Source: a virus (taxonomy: Duplodnaviria; Caudoviricetes). Taken from it: DNA of 33,655 nt. A program made the translations under genes and the position numbers. Positions 8,290-19,065 of the stretch are shown piece after piece (the stretch's first letter is position 1; the number at the start of each line of letters is the position of its first letter). The notes beneath the pieces were generated by a model. The model searched no databases and was not told the origin of the DNA. It saw only the letters and a list, made by a program, of their open reading frames with translations. Location: IMG/VR virus record IMGVR_UViG_3300011116_000906, positions 1-33,655 of that record, one strand, 5' to 3'.

Positions 8290-10986
8290 ATGGCAAATAT
8301 TCAAGTACAAAAAAATCCTCCTGTTACTACGATAGATAAATTTTTAGGAATTAATGAAGATACTTCAAGTGATACACAGATTAAATTTGGTGAAAGTCCT
8401 AACATGACTAATTTTAGATTAACTGAAAATTATAAGTTAACTAAAAGAGAAGGATATAAACAATTATTTTCACAATACAGTACTAATAAAACAATACAAG
8501 GAATGTTTAGCGGTACAATAAATAGTGTAACTTATTTTTTATTTGCCATGGATTCAAAAATATGGGTACAAGAAGAAATAAGTGGAGCAGATTATAATTC
8601 ACTTGATACTTCTTATTCAAATGTTGATGTTATTAAAACAACACCATTAACAATATCACCTATACAAGCAGGGACAACCGGAGTAGATGGAGTTAATATA
8701 TATGCAAATTCAAATGGAGTAACATTAACTGAAGTTTCTCAAGCTAATATAAATTTAACAGCAAGTGTAGGTAAATATTATTATCATACAGATAAGTCAA
8801 TTTGGATAATTGTTGCTAAAGGTTCTTATGCAAGTATAACAGAAGCAAGAAATGGTTTAGGAACAACTTATGTTTATCAACAATTATATAATCCATCAAT
8901 TACTCTAAGTGATTCTGTTACTAATTTTTTTACATTTGATGATACTACGTATACATTTGGAAGTGTTGTTTCTTATTTAAGAAATACTTATTTATACATT
9001 ATGGATGGAACTGGATATTATTATTGGAATGGAACTACTTTTGCTTCTGTGGAAGGATATGTACCACAAGTTTCAATTTCTAGTCTTTATGATGGAACTG
9101 AAGCTACAGAATATGAACCATTAAATTTATTAACTAATAAAAGATACCAGTCTTTGACTGGTTCTTCAGATTATCCAATAAGTGATTTACAGTATGATAC
9201 ATTAGATAAAGCAACATTTTCAAATGTTCATGTAGTTAAAACTTTACCTATCGCTAGTATTGTTCCTGGTACAGCTTCAGTAGATGCAATAGTAGTAGTT
9301 AAAAATAATGTAGGAACAATATTAACCGAAGTATCTTATGCAAATATAGATTTAACAGGAAGCATTGGTAAATATTATATTCATACAGATAAATCAATAT
9401 GGTTTATAGTTTCTAAAACTGCTTATGCAGCAATTTCAAATGCACGAGAAGGATTAGGAACTTCTTATTGGTGTCCTTTAGTTTATCAATTAGCGGAGAA
9501 AAATATTAAATCTGTAGATTATGTATATTTATACAATTCTACTACTAATATCTTTCAATTAAGAACAGTGACAACAGACTATGTTGTTGACTTACAAAAT
9601 GGTAGAATACGTTTTATTTCACAACCTGTAGCTTCACCTAATACAATTCAAGTTTATTATGCAAAAGGATGGCAAACAGATTTAAGTACAGTAAATGGAA
9701 CTACAACTTATAATATTAATTATAATGGAGTAAACATAACAAATTTAGATAGTGTTGATTTTGTTTATTTAAACGGAACATTAAAAACATTAACAACTGA
9801 CTATACAGTGAATTTAGTTAATGGCACAATAACCTTAACTTCTAATCCTGGGAATGGAAACGTGAACTTAGTTATATTTGCATCAAAAAATTCATTACTT
9901 AAATCCGAAATTACAGATAGAAAATATAATATAAGATTTGGCGGTTCTAATGATTTTAGAATTTTTTTATACGGGAAACAAACAGGTCAAGGAACTAATC
10001 GATATTATTATTCCAACTTAGCAAATGGTTTACCATCCGCATCTTATTTTCCTACAGCTTTTTATAATGATGTTGGAACACCTGAAAATAAAATCACTGC
10101 TATAACAAGACAATATGACAGACAAATTATTTATACAGATATAAATGGGGCATATTATTCTTACTATCAAACAACTACAATAGATGGTATTGTAGTTCCG
10201 AGTTTCCCGTTATATACTTTAAATAAAGTAATTGGAAATATCGCATTAGGACAAATACAAGTTATTCAAAATAATCCAATTTCAATATTTAAAGGATTAC
10301 AAGAATGGATAGGAACATCGGTACAAGATGAACGAAATGCAAAATATATTTCCAAAAGAATACAGCCATCATTAGATTCAATAGATTTAAAATCAGTAAC
10401 AACAATTGACTGGGAAAAAAATTATGAGTACTGGTTATGCTATCAAAATAAAGCATATATTTATAATTATAGATTAGATACTTTTTATATATTTCAATTT
10501 GCACATAATGTTAAACCATTATTAATTAAAGATGATACATTATACTTTGGAACAGATAATGGTCAGGTAATGAAATTTGATTCTTCATATACAACAGATA
10601 ATGGAACAGCAATAAAATCACATTGGGAAACTGGATTCTATGATTTTAATGCTGAATGGTTACAAAAGTATTTATATGAAGCATGGATTTCATTAAAGGC
10701 ACAAACAACAAGTTTATCATTATACTATAAAACTGAATCAGGTGATTCACCTGTTCAAACAATAAGTTTAAATGTAGGACAACAATTTACTTTTGCAGCA
10801 TTAAACTTTTCTTCTTTAAGCTTTAGTTACTTAGGTAGTTCCGCAAAAATAATTAGATTTAAATTAAAAGCCAAAAAGTTTGTTTTCTTTAAATTATTAT
10901 TAGATAATAATAACGCAGAAGATTTAACAATATTAGCAATTAATCTAGCACCATCATATGGAAGCAAAACAAAATCTATTATTTAG
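8290..10986 (+). CDS. Tail nozzle/stabilisation protein (P22 gp10 / T7 gp12-like) with internal repeats
   Basis: FLGINE...ESPNMTNF...LTKREG N-terminus; beta-propeller-like composition; synteny. Confidence 0.7.
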   Translation: MANIQVQKNPPVTTIDKFLGINEDTSSDTQIKFGESPNMTNFRLTENYKLTKREGYKQLFSQYSTNKTIQGMFSGTINSVTYFLFAMDSKIWVQEEISGADYNSLDTSYSNVDVIKTTPLTISPIQAGTTGVDGVNIYANSNGVTLTEVSQANINLTASVGKYYYHTDKSIWIIVAKGSYASITEARNGLGTTYVYQQLYNPSITLSDSVTNFFTFDDTTYTFGSVVSYLRNTYLYIMDGTGYYYWNGTTFASVEGYVPQVSISSLYDGTEATEYEPLNLLTNKRYQSLTGSSDYPISDLQYDTLDKATFSNVHVVKTLPIASIVPGTASVDAIVVVKNNVGTILTEVSYANIDLTGSIGKYYIHTDKSIWFIVSKTAYAAISNAREGLGTSYWCPLVYQLAEKNIKSVDYVYLYNSTTNIFQLRTVTTDYVVDLQNGRIRFISQPVASPNTIQVYYAKGWQTDLSTVNGTTTYNINYNGVNITNLDSVDFVYLNGTLKTLTTDYTVNLVNGTITLTSNPGNGNVNLVIFASKNSLLKSEITDRKYNIRFGGSNDFRIFLYGKQTGQGTNRYYYSNLANGLPSASYFPTAFYNDVGTPENKITAITRQYDRQIIYTDINGAYYSYYQTTTIDGIVVPSFPLYTLNKVIGNIALGQIQVIQNNPISIFKGLQEWIGTSVQDERNAKYISKRIQPSLDSIDLKSVTTIDWEKNYEYWLCYQNKAYIYNYRLDTFYIFQFAHNVKPLLIKDDTLYFGTDNGQVMKFDSSYTTDNGTAIKSHWETGFYDFNAEWLQKYLYEAWISLKAQTTSLSLYYKTESGDSPVQTISLNVGQQFTFAALNFSSLSFSYLGSSAKIIRFKLKAKKFVFFKLLLDNNNAEDLTILAINLAPSYGSKTKSII

Positions 10987-10995
10987 AGGTGACTT

Positions 10996-12249
10996 ATGGC
11001 ATTTACAAGTTGCACAGTAGCAATCAATAATATAACAAGTTTATCTGATACACCTAATACAACAGATGGATTAACAAGTTCTGCATTAAAAGCTAAGTTT
11101 GATAAGACTGGTTCTGATTTAAAAGATTATATTAATACTAGTTTAATAACTGTTTTAAACTCAACAGTTGCAGGTTCAAGTGGTGCTGAGAATATTGGTT
11201 CTGCATCAATAGGTAGTTTAGGAACTACTGTTTGGAATCAAATAAATAGTTTAAATACAGGAGTAAATACCTTAGGTGCAAATAAACTTAATCTAAGTGG
11301 TGGAACTTTAACAGGTGCTTTAGCATTATCAGCAGGTACTTCTTCTTTACCTTCATTAACAACTAGTGGAGACACAGATACAGGTATTTATTTCCCTGCA
11401 GCAAATACAATTGGTATTTCAACAAATGGTTCTGAACAAGCAAGAATGGATAGTACTGGAAGATTATCATTTGGCGGAAGTACATTTACTACAAGATTAG
11501 ATACAAGCAATATAACTCCAAGACTTCAAGTGTTAGGTGCTGATAGAACTTATAGTTCAACACTAAATGCTCAATTTAGTGCAGACCAAAACTCGAGCGG
11601 ATTATATTTTGCAAAAAGCAGAAATGCTACAATAGGTTCTCACACCATTGTTCAGTCTGGTGATGATTTAGGTAGTATTAGTTTTGGTGGTTCGGATGGA
11701 ACTAACATTGTAGATGCTGCTAGAATTTTAGTAGAAGTAGATGGGACACCTGGTACAAATGATATGCCAGGTAGAATTATTTTTTATACAACTGCTGATA
11801 ACGCATCTTCACCTACAGAAAGATTGAGAATTGCTAATGATGGAAGCATTTCTATGACAGTAGGTTCAACAACTTCTAATGCAGCTAATTTATTTATAGC
11901 AACAACTGCATCCGGTTCAGTTACAGGATTAATCCAGCGTTCAACTTCATCTATAAAATATAAAACAAACATAACTGACTACAATAAAGGAATTGAAAAA
12001 TTATTACAATTAAGACCTGTTAATTATAACGGAATAAATGATGGAGATAAACAATTCGCAGGATTTATAGCGGAAGAAATTCACGATTTAGGATTAACAG
12101 AATTTGTTCAATACAATGAAAATAATGAACCAGAATCATTAGCTTATCCTAATATGGTAGCACTTTTAACTAAAGCTATTCAAGAACAACAATCTATTAT
12201 AGCTTCTCTCAACGAACGTATTGTATCACTAGAAAGTAAGGTGAATTAA
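10996..12249 (+). CDS. Tail fibre with C-terminal intramolecular chaperone (peptidase S74-like)
   Basis: SSIKYKTNI...LRPVNY...GFIAEEI...LTKAIQE plus coiled coil; ERLRI fibre repeats. Confidence 0.9.
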   Translation: MAFTSCTVAINNITSLSDTPNTTDGLTSSALKAKFDKTGSDLKDYINTSLITVLNSTVAGSSGAENIGSASIGSLGTTVWNQINSLNTGVNTLGANKLNLSGGTLTGALALSAGTSSLPSLTTSGDTDTGIYFPAANTIGISTNGSEQARMDSTGRLSFGGSTFTTRLDTSNITPRLQVLGADRTYSSTLNAQFSADQNSSGLYFAKSRNATIGSHTIVQSGDDLGSISFGGSDGTNIVDAARILVEVDGTPGTNDMPGRIIFYTTADNASSPTERLRIANDGSISMTVGSTTSNAANLFIATTASGSVTGLIQRSTSSIKYKTNITDYNKGIEKLLQLRPVNYNGINDGDKQFAGFIAEEIHDLGLTEFVQYNENNEPESLAYPNMVALLTKAIQEQQSIIASLNERIVSLESKVN

Positions 12250-12250
12250 T

Positions 12251-13438
12251 ATGGTTGGTATTTTAAATAATGTAAAAACTTTAATAAAAAAACAATATGA
12301 AAAAAAAGGTTATAAAACTTCACTTCCATCAAATTTAGAAAATGAAAAAAAATATTTACAACAATTATATACAAGTGGAAATGAAGGGCAAAAAGTTTTT
12401 GCAAAAAGACAAGCTAATTTATATGGATTAAAATTACAAGAACCTACAGTAACTGCAGCAAAATCAACTTCAGAAAATCCATTAACTACTACATTAAAAA
12501 CAACATCAGAACTTCCTAGTACATTTCCTGAAAGTTTAAAATCTGCTATAACTGATTTCCAAAAAAAATATATTGCACAACAACCAGTAACTACAACTGG
12601 GCAAGTCGTTACAACAACAACACCTAGTCAAGCAGGTACAATAGGTTTACCAACTACAACTAGTTCTCAAAAATCATTTCAAGATTTACTTGCAGCATCC
12701 AAACAAAAAGTACTTTCAAATTTAGACTTAACTAAACAAAAGGCTTTAGCACAGATAGGTCAACAACAATCACAGTTAACACCACAATATGAAGCGTTAC
12801 GTAGTCGAGCTGCTACACAATCTATGCAACAAGCACGTAATCTTGCAGAATATATGGCTGCTCGTGGACAAACAATGAGTGGTCTTGCTGCACAATCAGA
12901 ACTTTCAAGGGGTATGGGATTAACTAGACAACTAGGTCAAATTGGTCAGCAACAACAAATAGCACAACAAGATTTAGCTAATCGAAAATCAATGATTGAA
13001 CAAGATTATTTATCTAAAGTTGCTAATGCACAATCTGATTTTGAATTAAAACAATTAGAAAAAGCATACACTGATGCTATTAAAGCTGAAGATAGAGCAT
13101 ATCAAGAACAAAAAACAGCTGAAGAAAGAGCGTATAAATTACAACAAGATACTTCAAAGCCAGAAAAATACGATTACAATACAGACCCTTCTTTTTCAGA
13201 TATATATAATCAAATTGTAACAGGTAAAGAATTAAGATATGTTAATCAACAAGATGTTGGACTTCCAGAAAGAAGAAGGGGATTTTCAATAACACCTGAA
13301 GAAATGTATAATAAGATTGTAGCGGATAGAATAACATTGGTTAAAACTTTTGGTGAAGATGGTTACAAAGTTTTACTTAGTACAGCAAAAGATAAATTAC
13401 CAAAGCAAGGTCTAACTTTACAAAATTTAGTTCAATAA
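12251..13438 (+). CDS. Putative internal virion (ejection) protein
   Basis: Q/A-rich coiled coil, located between tail fibre and the giant internal protein. Confidence 0.6.
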   Translation: MVGILNNVKTLIKKQYEKKGYKTSLPSNLENEKKYLQQLYTSGNEGQKVFAKRQANLYGLKLQEPTVTAAKSTSENPLTTTLKTTSELPSTFPESLKSAITDFQKKYIAQQPVTTTGQVVTTTTPSQAGTIGLPTTTSSQKSFQDLLAASKQKVLSNLDLTKQKALAQIGQQQSQLTPQYEALRSRAATQSMQQARNLAEYMAARGQTMSGLAAQSELSRGMGLTRQLGQIGQQQQIAQQDLANRKSMIEQDYLSKVANAQSDFELKQLEKAYTDAIKAEDRAYQEQKTAEERAYKLQQDTSKPEKYDYNTDPSFSDIYNQIVTGKELRYVNQQDVGLPERRRGFSITPEEMYNKIVADRITLVKTFGEDGYKVLLSTAKDKLPKQGLTLQNLVQ

Positions 13439-13462
13439 TAAATAAAATTAAGTGGTGATAAA

Positions 13463-16400
13463 ATGTCTTACACACTTGGATATGGAAAAACAAAAACAAC
13501 AACTCAACAAGACATAAAAAATACACCAAGTTCTTCAGACACTTATACATTTGGTTATGGAAAAGCAAAAACAACACAAGATATAAGAAATATCCCAGGT
13601 TCTCTAAATAGAGGATTTGTTCAACAATCAGAACCAATAATTACACCCAAAATACCAACTACATCTATTGTTCAAAAAACAACAGGCATTATCCCTAAAC
13701 CTATTTTAAAAGCAGTTTCTTCTGATAGTCTTCTTTTAAAAAGTCCTTTAGCACCTATTGTTTCTAAAATTTTTCCGAGTGGATTTGGAAAAGAAACAGA
13801 TAGATTAAGAAAAAGATTTTTAGATAGTGCTTCTTTTGGTATAACCGGAGAAGCTGATAAGGCTTTAGGAAAAGATGTTAGTTATAGAGATGGAAGAAGT
13901 TTTAAAAATGACAAAGTAGGTGCAACATTAGATACAGCATCTACGTTAGGTGGTTATTTAATACCAGGTTTAGGATTAGCCAAAGGTGCAAAAGCTGTTG
14001 GTCTAGGTGCTAAATCTATTCCTAAACTTGCTAAAGGTGCAACTAAAACTCAACAACTAGTTAGACTAGGAAAAATTGCAGGACAACAAGCAAAAGAAGG
14101 TATTGCTATTGGTGCTGCTATTAGTGGTAGTGAAATTGGTGTAAGAGAAGCAATCAATCCAGATAGTTATTCAGCTAAAGATAATATTTCAAAACTTGCT
14201 GTAGATACTTTGAGTGGTGCTATTTTAGACCCTGCTGTTTATGCAGGAGGAAAATTAATTGGTAAAGGTTTATCTAAAATATTTAAGAATGTAGAATCTA
14301 ATCCTCAAACACAACAAGTTTTAAAAGATATTGAATCAATTAAAAATACACAAGAAGTAAAAGATGCAGCTAAAAATTTAGATTATATTTCACCTTTGAT
14401 TGAAAATAAAGGTTATAGAAGTGGAACTTTTAAACCAAATGAAATATCTGAAGGTTTATCACAACAAACTGGTAACAGAGGAACTGGTCATTTCGGAACA
14501 GGTCACTATTTTTTTGGAAGTAAAAATTTAGCTGAATCATTTAGACCATCAGAAAATAAACCGGTAACAGAAATAAATTTAAATAATTTAAATTTATTTA
14601 GACCAAAAACAGAAAAGATTGGTTATGATTTACACAATGCTTTAAAAGAAGCTAATAATAAAATATTTATAGATAAAAATTCAGAAGAATTAGCAAAAAC
14701 AATAAAATTAAATTTAGATAAAAATTTAAATGATACAATTAAAATAAATGAATTAAATAATATAAATGTTAAAAATACAGAAGAATTTATAAATGATTTT
14801 TTAGATGAAGATTTTAAAGGAGAATTTATAAAAGAAAGATATAATCCAGAATATTTTGATAATCAAAGAAAATATTTTATCAGAAATTTAAAATCTTATT
14901 TAACAGATGATTTTATTAAATCTAATAATTTAGAAATTCCTAAAAATAAATATGAAGTTGAATACAGAAAAAAATTAGATGAACTTAGTAAATTTGATGA
15001 ATATAATTTTGATATTATTGTAGATTACGAAAAATTAAATAGCTTAGAGATTACTAAGTTATATAAAAGAGAAGAAGAAAGATTAAATAAAATTTATGAA
15101 AATTCAATACCTTTAAAAAAAATAAATTCAATTGCAAATAATTATTATAATGATTTTATAGAACCATATTTTAAAACATTTATTTCAGATAAAAATATTT
15201 TAAATTTTATTGAAAAATTTAAAAATGTAATGAATGAAAATGGAATTTCTTTAAATAAAAAACAGATAAAAGATATTGAAAAAATATTAAAACAAGATAT
15301 ATCATCTCTTTATAAAAATAAAGATTTAGAACAATTAAAATTCGAAGATTCCGTTTCAACTAAAATTATGAAATATTTAGGTTATGATGGTGTTGATGTA
15401 AGAGGATTAAAAGGTTTAGATAATGAAGAATATGGTTCTGTTATTTACGCTAATATTAAAAAACCAAAAATTCAAAAAATAACAGTTAAAAAACAAGATT
15501 TACAAAAATCACAAAAAATAAAATCACAAATATTAAATAAAGAAAAATTATTAAACAAAAAAATAGTTCGTGATTTTAAAGAAAATAACAATATACTATC
15601 TAAAAGTTTTTCCAAAAAAACGCAAACAATTGGAGATACTACTTTAGTTTATCCTACATCAACCGCAGATATTATTAATCCTGAAATTATTGGTAAAAAA
15701 GCTAGATTCGGACAAATTACTACATTACTTCCTCAAGGAAGCAATTACAATAATTTAGAATTGTTAAATAAAGAAGAAATTATCAGACTTTCAGATATAG
15801 TTAGAAAGTTTAAAGAAGGTTTTGGAATAAAGTATTCAACAAAAAATGCTGGGAGAGGTTTAAAAAGAGCATTAGGATTTTATAAACCAATAAGTGGAAG
15901 AATTAAAACAAGAGCGTATGATGATATTCAAACATTAGCTCATGAGTTTGCACATTATTTAAGTTTTGGAAAATACAATATCTTTAAAAAATTAGAAAAT
16001 GAATATAGTTATTTAAAAAATGATATAAATTTAGAAAGTAAAAAATATATTGAAAATGCAGGATGGACAAAAGTATATAAACCAAATACTAGAAAATATT
16101 TTGAAGAAGGATTAGCTGAATTTACAAGAAGATATTTTTTCTATCCAGAATTTGAAGCAAAAGATTCACCTGCATTTTTAGAATTATTAGATAATATTTT
16201 AACTAAAGAAGACAAAAAAAAGATTTTGAAATTACAAGATGATATTAAAAAATTTGCAAGTCAAAATAGATTAGAAAGATTATATTCTGAAATTTCTTTT
16301 GGAAAAAAGAAAAAAATAGAATTCCCTACATTTAATAAATTAAAAGAAAATTTATCAAATTTTATGGAAAATTTTTATACTTGGTTTGTTGATGAACAAA

Positions 16401-19060
16401 GACCATTAGAAAAAATTTTAAAACCATATGGTAAAAAAGGTGAAGAAGTTTTTAGAGAAATTAGATTAGTTAAAGGTTCAGCAGAAAAAGCAAGGCAATG
16501 GCTTGAAGAAGGTGTGACAAATGATAAAGGAGATATAGTTGAGGATTCATTAACTAAAATTTTAGAGCCAGTACAAAATAATATAGATGAATTTATTATT
16601 TATATTATTAACAAAAGAGCTATTGATTTAATAAATAGAGGATTTAATGTTGGTAATAAGGCTTTAGATTCTGATAGAATGGCAGTTATACAAGATTTAG
16701 AAAATAAATTTCCTGAATTTATTAATGCACAAAAGAAATTAATTAATTATCAGAGACTTCTTTTAAGTGAATTAATAAAAGCAGAAAAAATATCTACAAA
16801 AGAATTTTCTGAAATGTTTGCAAAAAATCCAAATTATGTACCTTATTATAGAGATTATGATTTAGATGAACTTTCACCATCACAAGCTAAATCTTTTGGA
16901 CTAGTACCTACAATTTTTAGAATGAAGGGTGATACACGAGAAATCATCAATCCTTTAGAAAGTATTATAAAAAATACGTATAGTTTTATATATATTGCTG
17001 AAAAAAATAAAGCTATAAATAGTTTTATAGATAGAATCTATAGAACAGGGGATACAACTATTTTAGCTAAAACAGGTAAATTCATAGAAAAATTAGAAGT
17101 TCCAACTAAAGTAACTAATTTTAAATTAAAGGAAATAAGAAAAGAAATTTTTAATCAATTTAATGAACAGGTAGAAGCAATAAATGATGCAGAAATAAAA
17201 GCTAAAAATTTATTAGAAGATAAATTATTAAACGGAAAAATTTCTGAACAACAATACGATGATGCAATAAATGCTATTGAAGAACACAGTAATAATCAAA
17301 TTAATGCAATTGAAAATGTATTTGAAAATTTTAATTATGATGCTATGGCTAAAATTTTTAGACCAAATCCAAGCGTAGTAAAAAATAAAGATTATGTAAT
17401 AACAATAAGTAAAAATGTAAGAGGTAAAATTAAAAAAGAGTTTTATCAATTATCTCCCGATTTATACAATGCAATAACATTAAGTGATAGTAGAAATCTA
17501 GGGGTTATATTTAATGCTTTATCTTTACCAACTAGAATTTTTAGAACCGGTATAACTTCTACATTTGAATTCTGGTTTAAAAATTTATTCCGTGACCAAT
17601 TTTCTTATGCAATAAACAGTAAATCAGGATATGTTCCTTATGTAGATTTAATTAGAGGTATGTTCCATATTTTTGGCAAGAGTAATGAATATCAAAGATT
17701 CTTAAGTTCTGGTGCAGGTCAAAGTTTTAGGTCAACTTTAGATAGAAATTATTTAAAGGAAGATTTAAGAAAAATTATAAAAGAAAAATCTAAATTATCT
17801 GCAATGAATATAATTAAAAATCCATTAGAAATTGTAGAAAGAGCTTCACAATTCATTGAAACTTCAAGTAAAGTTGGAAATTTTGCTAAGGGTTTAAAAA
17901 AGTTTGAAGGAAAAGGAAAGACAGAACTTCAAATCACAAAAGAAGCAGCTTTAGATTCAAGAGATTTAATAGATTTTGCACGTAGAGGTTCTGTAGGTAA
18001 AAGAATAAATGCAGTTTCAGCTTTCTTTAATTCAGCAATTCAAGGATTAGATAAAACCATTCGTGTTTTTAAAGACCCTGCAACACGAAATCAAGCATTG
18101 GGTAAAGGTATTATCTATATTACTTTACCAACAATTTCTTTGTACTTAGCAAATAGAGAAAATCCGAAATATCAAGAACTGCAAGATTGGGATAAAGATT
18201 TGTTTTGGCATTTTTGGATTAATGACGTGCATTATAGATTACCAATACCTTTTGAGCTTGGTGTTATATTTAAAGTAATACCAGAAAGAATAATGAGTAC
18301 ATTAGACCAGACAGATAAACCATGGAGTGGATTCGGAAAAACAGTGATGAATACTTTTAACTTTGTCCCTGCTAATCCTGCTAATGGTTTTGGTATTACG
18401 CTTTTATCACCAATTATCCAATCTCTAAGCAATACTAATTATTTCGGTTCAAAAATAGTTCCTGTTAGAGAACAATTTTTACCTCCAGAAGAAAAATTTG
18501 GATATAATACTTCAGAAAGTGCAAAGTTAATTGGTAAAATTGTTTCAAAAATACCAGGTTATAGAGATATTAAATCATTAGAAATTTTAGCTACACCTAG
18601 ATATGTAGATAATATGGTTCAAGGATATTTTGGTACATTAGGACAGTATGGTTTAATGGCTTTAGATATAGTATTAAAACCTTTTGATTCTTTGAAAAAG
18701 CCATTTCCAGAAGCAGGAGAACTTCCTTTATTCAAAGCATTTATTGCAAAAGAAATAAGTAATACAAAAAGTTTTGATGAATTTTATACAGAACTTTCAA
18801 GATTAAGAGAATCTTATAACACTTCATTAAAAAATAAAACTGAATTTTTAGAATATCAAAGAAAAAATGCTTTCGAAAGAGCAGCTAAGAATTTGCAAGA
18901 ATTTACAAAATTAGAAAAACAAATACGTTATGATGATACTTTATCACCTAAAGAAAAACAAAAATCATTAATTAAATTACATCAAATAGAAATGAATTAT
19001 ATCAGACAATTTTTAGGTAAGCCGATGTTGAATCAATATTTACAGAATAAAAATAATTGA
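13463..19060 (+). CDS. Large polyvalent internal virion protein (ART-like, zincin, LPD38-like domains)
   Basis: GHFGTGHYF...LGYDGV; TLAHEFAH...EEGLAEF; DFARRG...WDKDLFWHF...RLPIPFELG. Confidence 0.8.
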   Translation: MSYTLGYGKTKTTTQQDIKNTPSSSDTYTFGYGKAKTTQDIRNIPGSLNRGFVQQSEPIITPKIPTTSIVQKTTGIIPKPILKAVSSDSLLLKSPLAPIVSKIFPSGFGKETDRLRKRFLDSASFGITGEADKALGKDVSYRDGRSFKNDKVGATLDTASTLGGYLIPGLGLAKGAKAVGLGAKSIPKLAKGATKTQQLVRLGKIAGQQAKEGIAIGAAISGSEIGVREAINPDSYSAKDNISKLAVDTLSGAILDPAVYAGGKLIGKGLSKIFKNVESNPQTQQVLKDIESIKNTQEVKDAAKNLDYISPLIENKGYRSGTFKPNEISEGLSQQTGNRGTGHFGTGHYFFGSKNLAESFRPSENKPVTEINLNNLNLFRPKTEKIGYDLHNALKEANNKIFIDKNSEELAKTIKLNLDKNLNDTIKINELNNINVKNTEEFINDFLDEDFKGEFIKERYNPEYFDNQRKYFIRNLKSYLTDDFIKSNNLEIPKNKYEVEYRKKLDELSKFDEYNFDIIVDYEKLNSLEITKLYKREEERLNKIYENSIPLKKINSIANNYYNDFIEPYFKTFISDKNILNFIEKFKNVMNENGISLNKKQIKDIEKILKQDISSLYKNKDLEQLKFEDSVSTKIMKYLGYDGVDVRGLKGLDNEEYGSVIYANIKKPKIQKITVKKQDLQKSQKIKSQILNKEKLLNKKIVRDFKENNNILSKSFSKKTQTIGDTTLVYPTSTADIINPEIIGKKARFGQITTLLPQGSNYNNLELLNKEEIIRLSDIVRKFKEGFGIKYSTKNAGRGLKRALGFYKPISGRIKTRAYDDIQTLAHEFAHYLSFGKYNIFKKLENEYSYLKNDINLESKKYIENAGWTKVYKPNTRKYFEEGLAEFTRRYFFYPEFEAKDSPAFLELLDNILTKEDKKKILKLQDDIKKFASQNRLERLYSEISFGKKKKIEFPTFNKLKENLSNFMENFYTWFVDEQRPLEKILKPYGKKGEEVFREIRLVKGSAEKARQWLEEGVTNDKGDIVEDSLTKILEPVQNNIDEFIIYIINKRAIDLINRGFNVGNKALDSDRMAVIQDLENKFPEFINAQKKLINYQRLLLSELIKAEKISTKEFSEMFAKNPNYVPYYRDYDLDELSPSQAKSFGLVPTIFRMKGDTREIINPLESIIKNTYSFIYIAEKNKAINSFIDRIYRTGDTTILAKTGKFIEKLEVPTKVTNFKLKEIRKEIFNQFNEQVEAINDAEIKAKNLLEDKLLNGKISEQQYDDAINAIEEHSNNQINAIENVFENFNYDAMAKIFRPNPSVVKNKDYVITISKNVRGKIKKEFYQLSPDLYNAITLSDSRNLGVIFNALSLPTRIFRTGITSTFEFWFKNLFRDQFSYAINSKSGYVPYVDLIRGMFHIFGKSNEYQRFLSSGAGQSFRSTLDRNYLKEDLRKIIKEKSKLSAMNIIKNPLEIVERASQFIETSSKVGNFAKGLKKFEGKGKTELQITKEAALDSRDLIDFARRGSVGKRINAVSAFFNSAIQGLDKTIRVFKDPATRNQALGKGIIYITLPTISLYLANRENPKYQELQDWDKDLFWHFWINDVHYRLPIPFELGVIFKVIPERIMSTLDQTDKPWSGFGKTVMNTFNFVPANPANGFGITLLSPIIQSLSNTNYFGSKIVPVREQFLPPEEKFGYNTSESAKLIGKIVSKIPGYRDIKSLEILATPRYVDNMVQGYFGTLGQYGLMALDIVLKPFDSLKKPFPEAGELPLFKAFIAKEISNTKSFDEFYTELSRLRESYNTSLKNKTEFLEYQRKNAFERAAKNLQEFTKLEKQIRYDDTLSPKEKQKSLIKLHQIEMNYIRQFLGKPMLNQYLQNKNN

Positions 19061-19065
19061 AATAG

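Noticed and set aside
8590-9468. Duplicated tail module as a DGR template/variable repeat pair
   Set aside because: No reverse transcriptase is present, both copies are in frame in one gene, and the differences are not adenine-specific.
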